Sequence record: MH550421
Strand: one strand, 5' to 3'
DNA: 64,000 bases
DNA from: Enterobacteria phage T6
Below are positions 30,154-39,970 of the stretch, piece by piece. How positions within the stretch are numbered: the first letter of the stretch is position 1; every line of letters starts with the position of its first letter. The notes beneath the pieces are model-generated. The model had not been told where the DNA came from. It did no database searches and was given only the letters and a program-made list of their open reading frames with translations. The translations under genes were made by a program, and so were the position numbers.

Positions 30154-30543
30154 TTAACGATTAAAATCAGCCGCAATTGTTTCCGCAACAATTTGAGCAG
30201 CAACAATTAGACGTTCATCTGCATTACCGCAATAATCATCTTCAAGGCGTTCACCACATGAAGTCATAATAAATTTAGCACCAGCGTTTAGGGATTCTGT
30301 AGTATGTTTGCGCATTAGTTCAATCCATTTATTACTTACTTCACGATCGATAGCTTCATAATACGCATGACGAGCAGGTGCAGATTTAATTTTATTCTGA
30401 ATAACTTCCATTGCGTTATCAGAAAGAGACAAAACCCATGCTCGACGAATTTTATTTTGGTTTTGTGGATTTGATTCAGAACGCACGTGTTTTGGCTGAA
30501 TATCTTTTACATCAACAGTATAATTCACAGTAATTTTAGTCAT
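30154..30543 (-). CDS. rpbA: RNA polymerase-binding protein RpbA
   Basis: 129 aa; position between 45 and 46. Confidence 0.75.
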
Positions 30544-30552
30544 AATACACCT

Positions 30553-30741
30553 TTAGTCATAATAATCAGTAACAGTCCAAGCTTCATTTCTATTGGACAT
30601 TATTTTTGTATATTCTGCTTTAAATGCATTCCTAAGCATAGATTCAGTAACTATATGCTCTTCATTAGAAAAATTATTTCTCAGAATATATCGTTTTATT
30701 TCAGGAATAGTTAATAGATGCTGTCCAGTTGAATATTCCAT
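30553..30741 (-). CDS. hypothetical protein, 62 aa
   Basis: small ORF. Confidence 0.4.
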   Translation of the reverse strand: MEYSTGQHLLTIPEIKRYILRNNFSNEEHIVTESMLRNAFKAEYTKIMSNRNEAWTVTDYYD

Positions 30742-30796
30742 GTTTTTCCTCCATAGAGATTATACTCTAATAAATTAAAGCATAATCTCTTATAAA

Positions 30797-32479
30797 TTAA
30801 ACCATTACAGTAAATCGACCAACTTTCTTCATTTGAAGATGCTGACCATATTCTTGCGGGTCATGGTCTTTATGCGAAATTATAAAAACATTAGTGTTTT
30901 TCATTGAATTTATAATATTAGCTACACCTTTAATACCTTCGGCATCAAATGACCCATCAAACACTTCATCGAGTATTAATGTACTAATACTAACACCAGA
31001 TACGATAGAAGCAATATCACGCCAAGTAAATAAAAGAGCAATATCGATTCGTGCCTTTTCACCTTCACTAAATGAAGCATAACTAAAATCTTCGCGACCA
31101 CGGGATTTAATTGTCTCATTAAATTCTTCATCTAATGTAAACACATAATCCGCTTCCATTATTTTAAGATAATGGTTAATCTGCTTATTAAATAATGGAA
31201 TGTACTTTTTAATAATAGCACCTTTAATACCAGAATCTTTGAGCATATCAGTCAAAATTCCTCGGTGGTATTTTTCCATTACTAAATTAGTTTTTGTCTT
31301 AACAATTTTATCAAGTTCTTCTTGAAGCAGTGCTATTTCATCAGCATGGTCAATAAACTCAGAAGATGCTTTTTCTATAGCCGCTTTAACTTTTTTAGCT
31401 TTATCTACCGTCGTGATTAGAGATTGCTTTTTATTGCGAATATCATTCGCCAACGACTGCTGGATTTTAATATTATCTCGGTATTCATCAACAAGAACTT
31501 TTAAATTATCACGATGTGTTGAAAGCTGTTTAAACGAATGCGTACATTCAGAAACTTTATCTTTAATTTTAGAAACAACTTTATCACCGGAACTTAATTG
31601 TGACAAGCAGGTTGGACATAATCCACCTTCGTGATACATATTAATGACTTTATTATACGAGTCAATTTTTGATTTAATTAAAACTGCTTCTTGACCGATT
31701 TTATTAAATGCATCAGTCGGGTCTTCGTCTAAAACAATATTAACTAATCTTTCATTAGCTTCTTCTATTTCCGATTTTAGCGTTCTAGCTTCTTTTGCCA
31801 AATCATCATACATATTTTGCAGACGAGTAAGGTTGTCACCCGTTAATTTTTTCTGGCGTTCAACGTTATCATTATATATTTTAATTTGTTGGATAATACT
31901 ATCTTTTTTAACATCAAGTACTTGGTTCTGCGAATTTAATTCGCGTATTAGTGCTTTATTAAGCTTATCCATTTCAGCTAATGTTCCTACCTCGAGCAGG
32001 TCTTCCACAAGCTTTCTTCGCGAAGGGGTCGACAAACCCATGAAAGGGGTATACCCTGCTGTACCAAGGACAACAATCTGCTTGAAACTGGCATATGACA
32101 TTCCGATAAGCTGTTCAAATTCTGCTTGGAAATCTTTACTGCTGGCAGATTCATTAAGACGTGTACCGTTAACGGTGATTTCAAAAACGTTCGGTTTTTG
32201 TCCTCTTTTGATATAGTACTTTTTCTCATCATATTCCATCCACAGTTCAACTAAAAGTTCTTTCTTATTTGTGCTGTTTATTAATTGACCTTTCTTTACA
32301 TCACGAAATGGCTTACCAAAAAGCCCAAATGTGATGGCTTCTAGCATAGTAGACTTACCACCGCCATTTCGTCCAGTAATAAGAGTTTTTTGAACCTTAT
32401 CTAATTGAATGTCAACTCCATTTTGACCAACTGACATTATATTTTTATATTTTACTCTATTAAGTTTAAATGATTTCAT
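30797..32479 (-). CDS. 46: recombination endonuclease subunit gp46 (Rad50/SbcC-like)
   Basis: 560 aa; Walker A GRNGGGKST; coiled coil with CPTC zinc hook; signature/D-loop at C-terminus. Confidence 0.9.
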   Translation of the reverse strand: MKSFKLNRVKYKNIMSVGQNGVDIQLDKVQKTLITGRNGGGKSTMLEAITFGLFGKPFRDVKKGQLINSTNKKELLVELWMEYDEKKYYIKRGQKPNVFEITVNGTRLNESASSKDFQAEFEQLIGMSYASFKQIVVLGTAGYTPFMGLSTPSRRKLVEDLLEVGTLAEMDKLNKALIRELNSQNQVLDVKKDSIIQQIKIYNDNVERQKKLTGDNLTRLQNMYDDLAKEARTLKSEIEEANERLVNIVLDEDPTDAFNKIGQEAVLIKSKIDSYNKVINMYHEGGLCPTCLSQLSSGDKVVSKIKDKVSECTHSFKQLSTHRDNLKVLVDEYRDNIKIQQSLANDIRNKKQSLITTVDKAKKVKAAIEKASSEFIDHADEIALLQEELDKIVKTKTNLVMEKYHRGILTDMLKDSGIKGAIIKKYIPLFNKQINHYLKIMEADYVFTLDEEFNETIKSRGREDFSYASFSEGEKARIDIALLFTWRDIASIVSGVSISTLILDEVFDGSFDAEGIKGVANIINSMKNTNVFIISHKDHDPQEYGQHLQMKKVGRFTVMV

Positions 32480-32494
32480 TTTGTATCCAATTGT

Positions 32495-33349
32495 TCACAA
32501 TGAAGAAAATTCTTTAACTAAAGCCTGTAATGAAGCCTCTATTGGATATCCATTCTTAACTAACATTTTCCTAAACATCACATGTTTAGGACGATTATAT
32601 GATATCCACAATTCATACAATTTATCTTTATTATCCCAATGATAGCCTTTTCGTCGAGATGCTATATGAGCTTTTCTAATCTCCGGATTTTTCCAACTAG
32701 CAGCTACTGAATTTGATATAGCTATTTTATATTCAGGTTTTGATAAAGCAGCACGAACAGCCTTTTGGTGTTTAATTTTATTTTCTTCGTTATTAAACCA
32801 TTCCTTTGAAGCCATTGAAATTTTTTGTTTTGTTTTAAAATTATTTAATCTTTCTTTGTTATCTTTCCTATTTTTTGCTACTGAAAAATATTTTAATGCC
32901 CTTTCTCTAGCAGCATTTCTATTTTGCGGATTTGAATAATACTGTTGAAGCCTTTTTGATATTGTGTCGCTTACATCTTGTTTTATAAAACTATATTCAG
33001 CAGCTATTAAATCAACTTCGGCTAAAGATAAATTTTTATATGTTTTTCCTGACATCATTCTATTTAAAGCATTTAGCATTTTTCCATTTTTACCTTTTGC
33101 TAATAAGAAATGTGCTTTAAAATGATTAAAATGACTTAAATTAACTAAATTCCATGTAGATTTTAAATATTCAGGAAATATTGATTTAGGAAGCACGTGG
33201 TGTGCTTCCGTTTTACCTGGAGTTTTAACAGTTGAATTCATAGAAATAAAATTAATGTAAGACTTGGCGTCTTCTTCACTCAACGCTAATTTTTCAACTA
33301 ATTCCTTTATTAAAAATTCATCATTAATGTCAAGTTTAAAATTCTTCAC
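32495..33349 (-). mobile_element. free-standing HNH homing endonuclease (Mob-like) with NUMOD-type repeats
   Basis: HNH motif HHVLPKS...NLVNLS...H...AH; repeated basic helix motifs in C-terminal half; inserted between 46 and 47. Confidence 0.7.
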
Positions 33350-33609
33350 AAAAGATTCCTTTTAATGTATCTTTTAGACCATTCTATCATATCATCATAA
33401 TCTAAAAAGTATTCATCAAATTCAGCCATGCAAACAACGCCTTGTGCTGAATTTGATGTGATATAAATTATTCCAACATATCTAGAATCTTCTTCGGTAT
33501 AATCAATATTTGCTATGAATTCATCATTAATGTCAAATGTCGAAAACTTCACAGTATGCATCCTTAATACAAGATACAGCCATATCTCGCAATGATTTAG
33601 GTGTGTCAT
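33346..33609 (-). CDS. hypothetical protein, 87 aa
   Basis: ORF overlapping neighbour in another frame; true start may be internal. Confidence 0.3.
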   Translation of the reverse strand: MTHLNHCEIWLYLVLRMHTVKFSTFDINDEFIANIDYTEEDSRYVGIIYITSNSAQGVVCMAEFDEYFLDYDDMIEWSKRYIKRNLL

Positions 33610-33796
33610 TATCTAAAATGTTGAAGTTAAAAGATACAGCCCAATCAGTGCAGACCGTAACCTTTTTAATACAATTATCTTCAACCTCTAGTGGTTCAAA
33701 CCAGTATTCAATAATTTCTTTATGACCAATATCATCTTTTACTTCGCATTCAAAATGCTGACTCATCATAACATTTTTAAATTCATCAAAAGTCAT
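33533..33796 (-). CDS. hypothetical protein, 87 aa
   Basis: ORF overlapping gene 47 stop. Confidence 0.4.
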   Translation of the reverse strand: MTFDEFKNVMMSQHFECEVKDDIGHKEIIEYWFEPLEVEDNCIKKVTVCTDWAVSFNFNILDNDTPKSLRDMAVSCIKDAYCEVFDI

Positions 33797-34812
33797 TGTG
33801 TTGCCTCTACATATAGCTGATTTGCATATTGAATAAGTGCTTCACGGTCAGAATCAGTGATGTCTGGAATTGCATTAATATACTCTTCCATTAATGTCTG
33901 AAGCGATTGAACTTCAACTTCTTCACTATCATCTGACTCGACAGAGTTATCAATCTTTGACACAACTCGTAATGAATGCACAACTTTCTCTAGTTCAGAT
34001 TCGAACTTCGTCAGATTTTTGTCTATTTCAGTTACTATAACACGTACTGATAGATTTGTAAAATCTTTATAGTCAATTTTTCCTTTAAATGGATAATGAA
34101 TTCTACGATGCCAGGTAGTATTGTTTGGAATAAATTCCATTCGTTCTGTTTCTGTATCAAACATCCAGAACCCACGAGGGTCATTCTCGTCACCGGCAGT
34201 TAGTGTCCATGGTGTCCCAATATATCTGACGTTAGCAGCCTCAGAAATAGTATGGAAGTGACCAGACCACACTTCTTTATAAGTCTTAAGGAAATCAGGT
34301 TCAAGACCGTGAGATTTCATTCCTTTATAAAAATAAAATCCATTCAATTCCCAGTGACCAACACAAAAAGAAGCAGATGAAGTTTTGATATGCTCAAGAA
34401 TTTCACCAGTATTTTCTTCGCACATCCAAGGAATTAAATCAATCAAACACCCGTCAAAATCTACTGTAGTAGGCTTATCATATACTTTAACATTAGGATA
34501 TTTAGCCAAAAGCTCAGTAGAGGCATTTGGAGTTAAAGTATTTTTAAAGTGCATATCATGGTTTCCTACAACAGTATGTAGGGTAATACCAGCATCATCA
34601 AGCATTTGAACTATTTCACGAGCAAACTCCATAGTTTTATGCGTGATTGCTTTTCGCACATCAAAAATATCGCCGTATTGAATCCAGGTAGTAATTCCAT
34701 TTTTCTTAGAATATTCTATCGCTTGCTTAATTCCATCCAGCTGAATGGATTGAACCCACTCATCATCGGCTTTAACGCCTAAATGCCAATCACCTAAATT
34801 TAAAATTTTCAT
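33793..34812 (-). CDS. 47: recombination nuclease gp47 (Mre11/SbcD-like)
   Basis: 339 aa; phosphoesterase motifs DWH, GDIFD, GNHD, GHWE/GHFH. Confidence 0.9.
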   Translation of the reverse strand: MKILNLGDWHLGVKADDEWVQSIQLDGIKQAIEYSKKNGITTWIQYGDIFDVRKAITHKTMEFAREIVQMLDDAGITLHTVVGNHDMHFKNTLTPNASTELLAKYPNVKVYDKPTTVDFDGCLIDLIPWMCEENTGEILEHIKTSSASFCVGHWELNGFYFYKGMKSHGLEPDFLKTYKEVWSGHFHTISEAANVRYIGTPWTLTAGDENDPRGFWMFDTETERMEFIPNNTTWHRRIHYPFKGKIDYKDFTNLSVRVIVTEIDKNLTKFESELEKVVHSLRVVSKIDNSVESDDSEEVEVQSLQTLMEEYINAIPDITDSDREALIQYANQLYVEATQ

Positions 34813-34949
34813 ATATCAAGAACCGTCATTGAAATGCAAAATAAAATTATTGAAATAAATCCATCTAGAGTACTAAAGAACCCAATCCAACATGCTCTAG
34901 TGAATAGATAAAATGCAAGAAAAAGTATCACATATCCAAGAAATATCAT
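34809..34949 (-). CDS. small hydrophobic protein, 46 aa
   Basis: ATG at 34949; stop overlaps gene 47 ATG (ATGA coupling); below the track size cutoff. Confidence 0.35.
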   Translation of the reverse strand: MIFLGYVILFLAFYLFTRACWIGFFSTLDGFISIILFCISMTVLDI

Positions 34950-34970
34950 TATATCAAACTCCGTATAAAG

Positions 34971-34992
34971 CTAAAGGGCCGAAGCCCTTTAT
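34971..34992 (-). terminator. hairpin terminator downstream of alpha-gt
   Basis: aaagggc-cgaa-gcccttt. Confidence 0.65.
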
Positions 34993-36191
34993 TTTGTAAT
35001 AATGTCAAACTGTTCTTTAAAGCAGAAGCTTGAATCTTGATGTTGATACAAAAATTCATATGCTTTTTCTCGCTCACGGTCATAAAGAGCTCGGTCAGAT
35101 GACAGTTCTTTAATACGTTCAAATGTTGATTCCATGTCATTTTCATCAAACCAAATGATACCGCTATCATGCGAGGTCAAAGGAGTATTATCAACACGGA
35201 ATTTTAAATTTTCGCCAGTAGATTTCCAAAATGCCGGAATTGTTCCACATGCACCAAGCTCGAGATGAGTATATTCGAGTGAGCGTTGTAAGTATTTCTG
35301 GTTAAGTTTACTCAACTGATATCCAAAGCCAGATTTACTCATTCGTTCAAGCATTTCACTATTAATATAACAATCTAGGATTTGTGCCGGTTGATTTGGC
35401 GCGAGATTCATTTTATCAATCTCACGATTACCGTAATATTCATACGGAATACCTTTTTCCTTAATTGCAATAAAAGCAGGGGAACGTTCAAGACCTTCCA
35501 TTACAGTGGATTTACCAGCAGGTTTTAAGAATTTTTCATGAAAATCAAACATCTGATAAAAACCTTTCCATGTAGTCGTACGACCAATCCAACGGTTGAT
35601 ATTCATGTTAATTTCAGAAACATCTTTCCAGTAGGTTGATCGAACCTTCGCAATATCCATAGGAGGCTGAAAGTTATATACTGTCGGTGCTTCTTCAATA
35701 TCATCAAACAGAGAAACAGTTTCTGGATACCATTCTTTCATCAGAACTTTATTAAAATCACCATTATCAGAATGGCTAAAAATAACATCAGCTCGACGAA
35801 CAGTTTCTTCTAATCCCAAATTTCGACGCAAAGAAAGAACAGAATGATCATGCTGATAAACTACAACACGAATAGAAGGTTTAATATTATCTAAAAGTTT
35901 TTTATAGTTATTAATCGTGGCTTCTTGAACGGAAGTAGCAGGAACAGAATTAATAATTAGAATATCACAATCATTAATCAGTTTAAGTGCTTTATCGTAT
36001 TCTTTAGCTAAAATAACTGGAATTGAAAATGATTTGTGGTCATGAGAACTTGTACGAGTAAATGATTTATCTTTAGCATAAACCAAAGTTACTTCATGAC
36101 CATTTTTAATAAACCAATCACGTTGCTCAAGAGAAAATTTAGTTACACCACAGCCTTCAAGACCTCGAGCCATAAAAATACATACTTTCAT
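34989..36191 (-). CDS. agt: DNA alpha-glucosyltransferase
   Basis: 400 aa; size and position match T4 alpha-gt. Confidence 0.8.
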   Translation of the reverse strand: MKVCIFMARGLEGCGVTKFSLEQRDWFIKNGHEVTLVYAKDKSFTRTSSHDHKSFSIPVILAKEYDKALKLINDCDILIINSVPATSVQEATINNYKKLLDNIKPSIRVVVYQHDHSVLSLRRNLGLEETVRRADVIFSHSDNGDFNKVLMKEWYPETVSLFDDIEEAPTVYNFQPPMDIAKVRSTYWKDVSEINMNINRWIGRTTTWKGFYQMFDFHEKFLKPAGKSTVMEGLERSPAFIAIKEKGIPYEYYGNREIDKMNLAPNQPAQILDCYINSEMLERMSKSGFGYQLSKLNQKYLQRSLEYTHLELGACGTIPAFWKSTGENLKFRVDNTPLTSHDSGIIWFDENDMESTFERIKELSSDRALYDREREKAYEFLYQHQDSSFCFKEQFDIITK

Positions 36192-36242
36192 TTAATATCC
36201 TCTTTGTTTTGGTTTATTTTACCAAAAATTTATAAAGCAATA

Positions 36243-36260
36243 TAGGAGCCGAAGCTCCTA
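36243..36260 (-). terminator. hairpin (terminator-like)
   Basis: taggagc-cgaa-gctccta. Confidence 0.5.
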
Positions 36261-36347
36261 TCCGCATAATACACCATATAGAGGCTCATTAGAGCTTCTA
36301 AATTTTATGCGCTTATATGTTATAGTTCCTTCTGCTTTAGCTTTATC

Positions 36348-36371
36348 ATGAGACTCTTTAAAGAGTCTCAT
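36348..36371. repeat. perfect 24-bp palindrome
   Basis: atgagactcttt|aaagagtctcat in the intergenic region upstream of alpha-gt. Confidence 0.8.
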
Positions 36372-36434
36372 CATTTCCTCTTTAGAGGAACGAATTTTAT
36401 TATAATCTATTTCAGAAGTCTGGATGTTCATCTT

Positions 36435-36641
36435 TCACAGTTGCCACCATTTTTTAACTTGATAAGAATCAACCCACACTTTCATATTAGGGTCTGCTCT
36501 TACAATAGGAGGATTAACTTCTTTAATTGAACTATCATGGTATTCTTTTTCAGAAATTTTCACACAAAGATGACCATTCAAAGATTCAGTAAATCCTGCA
36601 TTAATTTTAAGACGCTTGAATTTTACGTGTGTAAGCATCAA
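36435..36641 (-). CDS. hypothetical protein, 68 aa
   Basis: small ORF. Confidence 0.4.
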   Translation of the reverse strand: MMLTHVKFKRLKINAGFTESLNGHLCVKISEKEYHDSSIKEVNPPIVRADPNMKVWVDSYQVKKWWQL

Positions 36642-36924
36642 TCATATCCTCAATCTGCGATCTAGTAGTCTTCCAAAGAATACTGATGAGTTCATCGTTA
36701 TATGGCTGTTTTAGAATATCCCGACTTTTCTTGATAGCATATTCGTATTGAGCAAAATTATTATTTTCAGCTGCGATCTGAGCGTGCTTATAAAGACGAT
36801 TCAGTTCGCGTTTGTTTTTAGACAATAACTTATTTGCTTTTCTTTCTGCTTCAAGACGGTTCTTTTCTTCAATAGAAGAAATAAGCTTTTCCACTTCATC
36901 ATTAATTTCGGGTTTATCAGTCAT
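36607..36924 (-). CDS. hypothetical coiled-coil protein, 105 aa
   Basis: ORF. Confidence 0.45.
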   Translation of the reverse strand: MTDKPEINDEVEKLISSIEEKNRLEAERKANKLLSKNKRELNRLYKHAQIAAENNNFAQYEYAIKKSRDILKQPYNDELISILWKTTRSQIEDMIDAYTRKIQAS

Positions 36925-36925
36925 A

Positions 36926-37144
36926 TTATTTCTCTAATATAAAATAAAAATCATCATCTGTTAAATGATACCGATAGTTTAATTCTACACCATTAGATTT
37001 AAAAGCGGTATCATACGGATTTTCTGGATCAATATCAATGTCAAGAGCTAAAACTTCCCTGAGATACATTTTAAGTAAATAGGGAATAGCTTCAACTTCA
37101 GGTATTTCTTCCAAGAATCCGGAGAGGTTAATCGTTAGCCTCAT
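36926..37144 (-). CDS. hypothetical protein, 72 aa
   Basis: small ORF overlapping gp55 stop. Confidence 0.4.
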
Positions 37145-37685
37145 ATAAAAAATCCAAACTAGGAGAATCGTCTACAACACTTTTCTTTTCAGCCCCCGGT
37201 GTTCTATAGGTTGATTCTTCGTAATGCGTCATTTTATCATAGATGTCTTGAATAAAAGTTTCATCTACTAACGCAACCATATCGTCGTCACGACTGTCAT
37301 AGACATTGTGAACGAAGTAACTATATTTCTTTGCAACTTCCTTACGTTCTTTTTTAATACGTTGGACGAATGCATTAAAACAAGCTTGAGTTATATACGC
37401 ATGTGGGTTTTTATATTTCGTTTCATCAAAATTATGAAGCCCCTTAATAGAAGCTTCTATACCATCTGCAATCATTTCTTGTTTCCAAGACTGGGTATAT
37501 CCTGAAAAGTTGAAACGTTTAGATAAGCCTTCTGCAATAAGCATAATGGCTAATCCGATAGTATCATTTTGACGAACTACTTTATTTGGGTCTTTATTAT
37601 TTGCTAATTCTGTTTTCCAATCAATAATAGCTTGTAAAAGCTCTTTATTGTTTACGTAATTATATTTAGGCTTAGTTTCTGACAT
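37128..37685 (-). CDS. 55: late-transcription sigma factor gp55
   Basis: 185 aa from ATG at 37685 ([20 protein letters not shown]...); track ORF starts two codons upstream at a GTG. Confidence 0.85.
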
Positions 37686-37767
37686 TTTCACCTCTTAGCT
37701 CAATTCATAGATCTATTATATCATAATATTTGAAGACCTATCTTAAAGCATAGAGGATGAATCAATT

Positions 37768-37983
37768 TCAAGCATTCATCAGCTTAGCTGCTCCAAGAGC
37801 TGCATCTAGTGAATCAAATTGGTCAACATATTCAATCAATTCGCCGTAATTAGCATATAACCACCATTGGCTAAATTCATACTCAAGGATGAATCCGTTT
37901 CCTTCAATTTGAGTTAAACCAATGCCATTTGTATTTACTTCATATCCAGCAAGACGTAAATCGTTAATAAGAGCTTCGTTCAT
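37768..37983 (-). CDS. hypothetical protein, 71 aa
   Basis: small ORF. Confidence 0.4.
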   Translation of the reverse strand: MNEALINDLRLAGYEVNTNGIGLTQIEGNGFILEYEFSQWWLYANYGELIEYVDQFDSLDAALGAAKLMNA

Positions 37984-37985
37984 AA

Positions 37986-38312
37986 TTATACCTTAGTAAT
38001 TTTCAGGTCTGCAAATTTTTTCTTACGTTGATTTTTCATGCGACGAATAGTTTTATCGGAAATTTCATGCTTTTGATAAGCTTTAGATTCTACACCAAAA
38101 GCTTTAACATCAAATTCTGACAAGATATATTGAACCAGCAATTCACGGATAGTATTGCGTCCAATCTTCTGATCATTCTGTTTCATCGTCTGATGAAGCT
38201 CTTTTTCCCATTTATCCAAAATTTGAGGAGTTACAATATCGCCTTTTTCTAACAAAGAAACTACTTTATCATATGCGTAAGAATTGATGGCGTTTTTAAT
38301 TTGAATAGTCAT
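37986..38312 (-). CDS. hypothetical protein, 108 aa
   Basis: ORF. Confidence 0.45.
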   Translation of the reverse strand: MTIQIKNAINSYAYDKVVSLLEKGDIVTPQILDKWEKELHQTMKQNDQKIGRNTIRELLVQYILSEFDVKAFGVESKAYQKHEISDKTIRRMKNQRKKKFADLKITKV

Positions 38313-38348
38313 ACATTATCCTCAATTACGTTAAAATTTTATTATCCA

Positions 38349-38368
38349 AAAAGGGCCGAAGCCCTTAG
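38349..38368 (-). terminator. hairpin terminator
   Basis: aaagggc-cgaa-gccctt. Confidence 0.6.
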
Positions 38369-38565
38369 CTAAACTTTTTGGCACCCTTCCAGCCTTCATA
38401 CATCATTGCGACTGACAATAACAAAGCTCCTTCGCATGCTGCATACTTATTATTCCAGAACCAATTTAGAAAAACTTCATCCTCAATACCATTGTGTTTC
38501 ATGTTCTGGAAAAATTTGGCGCGTTCTTCAGCAATTCGCTGCGATAATTTAGATTCAGGATTCAT
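38365..38565 (-). CDS. hypothetical protein, 66 aa
   Basis: small ORF. Confidence 0.4.
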   Translation of the reverse strand: MNPESKLSQRIAEERAKFFQNMKHNGIEDEVFLNWFWNNKYAACEGALLLSVAMMYEGWKGAKKFS

Positions 38566-38781
38566 TTAAATTTCCCAATTGCCATTTTCATCAATAAATT
38601 TAATCCAGTCATTTACTGACCACTTAGTTGTATCGCCTTTTGGAGCAACATTTAAAGTATATAGCCCTTGCTTAAAAAGCATTCGTTTGATATTCATATT
38701 TTCCTCAGCTGTAACGATAACACTCGTTTGATTTACGTTTAGCAACTCGTTGAGAAGTATTATAATCAAAATCATCATCAA
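38566..38781 (-). CDS. hypothetical protein, 71 aa
   Basis: small ORF. Confidence 0.35.
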   Translation of the reverse strand: MMMILIIILLNELLNVNQTSVIVTAEENMNIKRMLFKQGLYTLNVAPKGDTTKWSVNDWIKFIDENGNWEI

Positions 38782-39043
38782 TGTAAACTGATTTTTTCAA
38801 CTTTCTTACTTCACCACGTAATTGACGATTTAGCTCATCTTTAACTTCTGAATCAACACCTTTCATTCTACGCCATTTATCTGAGCGAAAAATGTTTTCA
38901 ACCATATCTTTATGACTTACACCGTCTGGAGCTTTACGCTTTCCGAAATAGTCATAATCACGCACTTTTAAGTCTTTACGACGATACGTTTTACCCATGG
39001 AGTTTAATTTCCTTAGCAACTGAACTAAATACAGCACGATCAC
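38705..39043 (-). CDS. hypothetical basic protein, 112 aa
   Basis: ORF overlapping neighbour in another frame. Confidence 0.35.
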   Translation of the reverse strand: MIVLYLVQLLRKLNSMGKTYRRKDLKVRDYDYFGKRKAPDGVSHKDMVENIFRSDKWRRMKGVDSEVKDELNRQLRGEVRKLKKSVYIDDDFDYNTSQRVAKRKSNECYRYS

Positions 39044-39173
39044 AAATCATACGTTTATGTAACTTGAGTATAAGATAGTAAACATCAAAACCATTTACAT
39101 AAGTAACACGAACGACATTACCATTCACGAGATAATACTGTCCCTTTTTAATTTCTTTATCAATCATAACCAT
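38991..39173 (-). CDS. hypothetical protein, 60 aa
   Basis: small ORF downstream of early promoter. Confidence 0.4.
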   Translation of the reverse strand: MVMIDKEIKKGQYYLVNGNVVRVTYVNGFDVYYLILKLHKRMICDRAVFSSVAKEIKLHG

Positions 39174-39203
39174 ATCAATTCCTCAAAGGCAATTCATATG
39201 TTA

Positions 39204-39233
39204 ATAATACCATAGTTTGAACTTGTTGTAAAC
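39204..39233 (-). promoter_or_regulatory. sigma70-type early promoter
   Basis: rc GTTTAC (39228-39233), 18-nt spacer, TGGTATTAT. Confidence 0.6.
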
Positions 39234-39311
39234 AACTTTGTGAAAAATATTTTAGGGAATGATAAGAAAGGAACGATAGCTTAGAATGGTAATATACAGA
39301 ATGTGAGAAAG

Positions 39312-39330
39312 AAGGGCCCAGAGGGCCCGT
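39312..39330 (-). terminator. hairpin terminator downstream of nrdH
   Basis: gggccc-aga-gggccc. Confidence 0.6.
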
Positions 39331-39331
39331 C

Positions 39332-39640
39332 TTAATCTTCTATGATATCTCTATCATATCCAAGTGAAATGAGAGTTTCTTTGAAGTGTTTAATGTTCTT
39401 TTGTCTAGAATCATTAATGAAAATGACTGGATAACGAATGTTAAGAGATGTGAATCCAGCGCGTTTAGCAAGAGATACAATCAGCGGACGATCATACTCA
39501 ATCTTACCATTATTTGTAAGAACTTTATAGAAAGTAAAAGGAGCATTAAGCTCCTTTAGAAGTTTTGTAACTGATTGACATCCAGGACAACGACCTACTT
39601 CATCTGGAATTCCATAGACTTCAATCTTATTTTGTTTCAC
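39332..39640 (-). CDS. nrdH: glutaredoxin-like protein NrdH
   Basis: 102 aa; CPGC redox motif. Confidence 0.75.
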   Translation of the reverse strand: MKQNKIEVYGIPDEVGRCPGCQSVTKLLKELNAPFTFYKVLTNNGKIEYDRPLIVSLAKRAGFTSLNIRYPVIFINDSRQKNIKHFKETLISLGYDRDIIED

Positions 39641-39642
39641 AA

Positions 39643-39855
39643 CTATTCCTTACTAAGAGCAGCATTCAGCTTGTTAGTAATTTTATCCAGACGCTCATTG
39701 AACTCACTAGAAGATAAGCCCTTTTCTGGAGAAATTAAACTAATCACGAAAAATATAGCAATAAATGGAATAAGGAAAATAGCTCCAACTGCCATAAATA
39801 GAAAGAATGTTACAGTTGTAAGAAAATCAGCTAAACCTTTACGAAATTTATACAT
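39643..39855 (-). CDS. small membrane protein, 70 aa
   Basis: one long hydrophobic helix. Confidence 0.4.
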   Translation of the reverse strand: MYKFRKGLADFLTTVTFFLFMAVGAIFLIPFIAIFFVISLISPEKGLSSSEFNERLDKITNKLNAALSKE

Positions 39856-39970
39856 ATTTTACCCTTAATTGATTAACCAAGCATTGATAATCACTAAACT
39901 ATACTGCGAATAAAATTCTGGACCAAAATGAAAAATCATATCATTTATAGTATCCATAATATAATTCAAT

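Noticed and set aside
34949-35170. 73-aa minus-strand ORF overlapping the 3-prime end of alpha-gt
   Set aside because: Out-of-frame overlap with a high-confidence gene and it spans the alpha-gt terminator hairpin. Only the 46-aa ORF at 34809-34949 that is coupled to gene 47 was kept.
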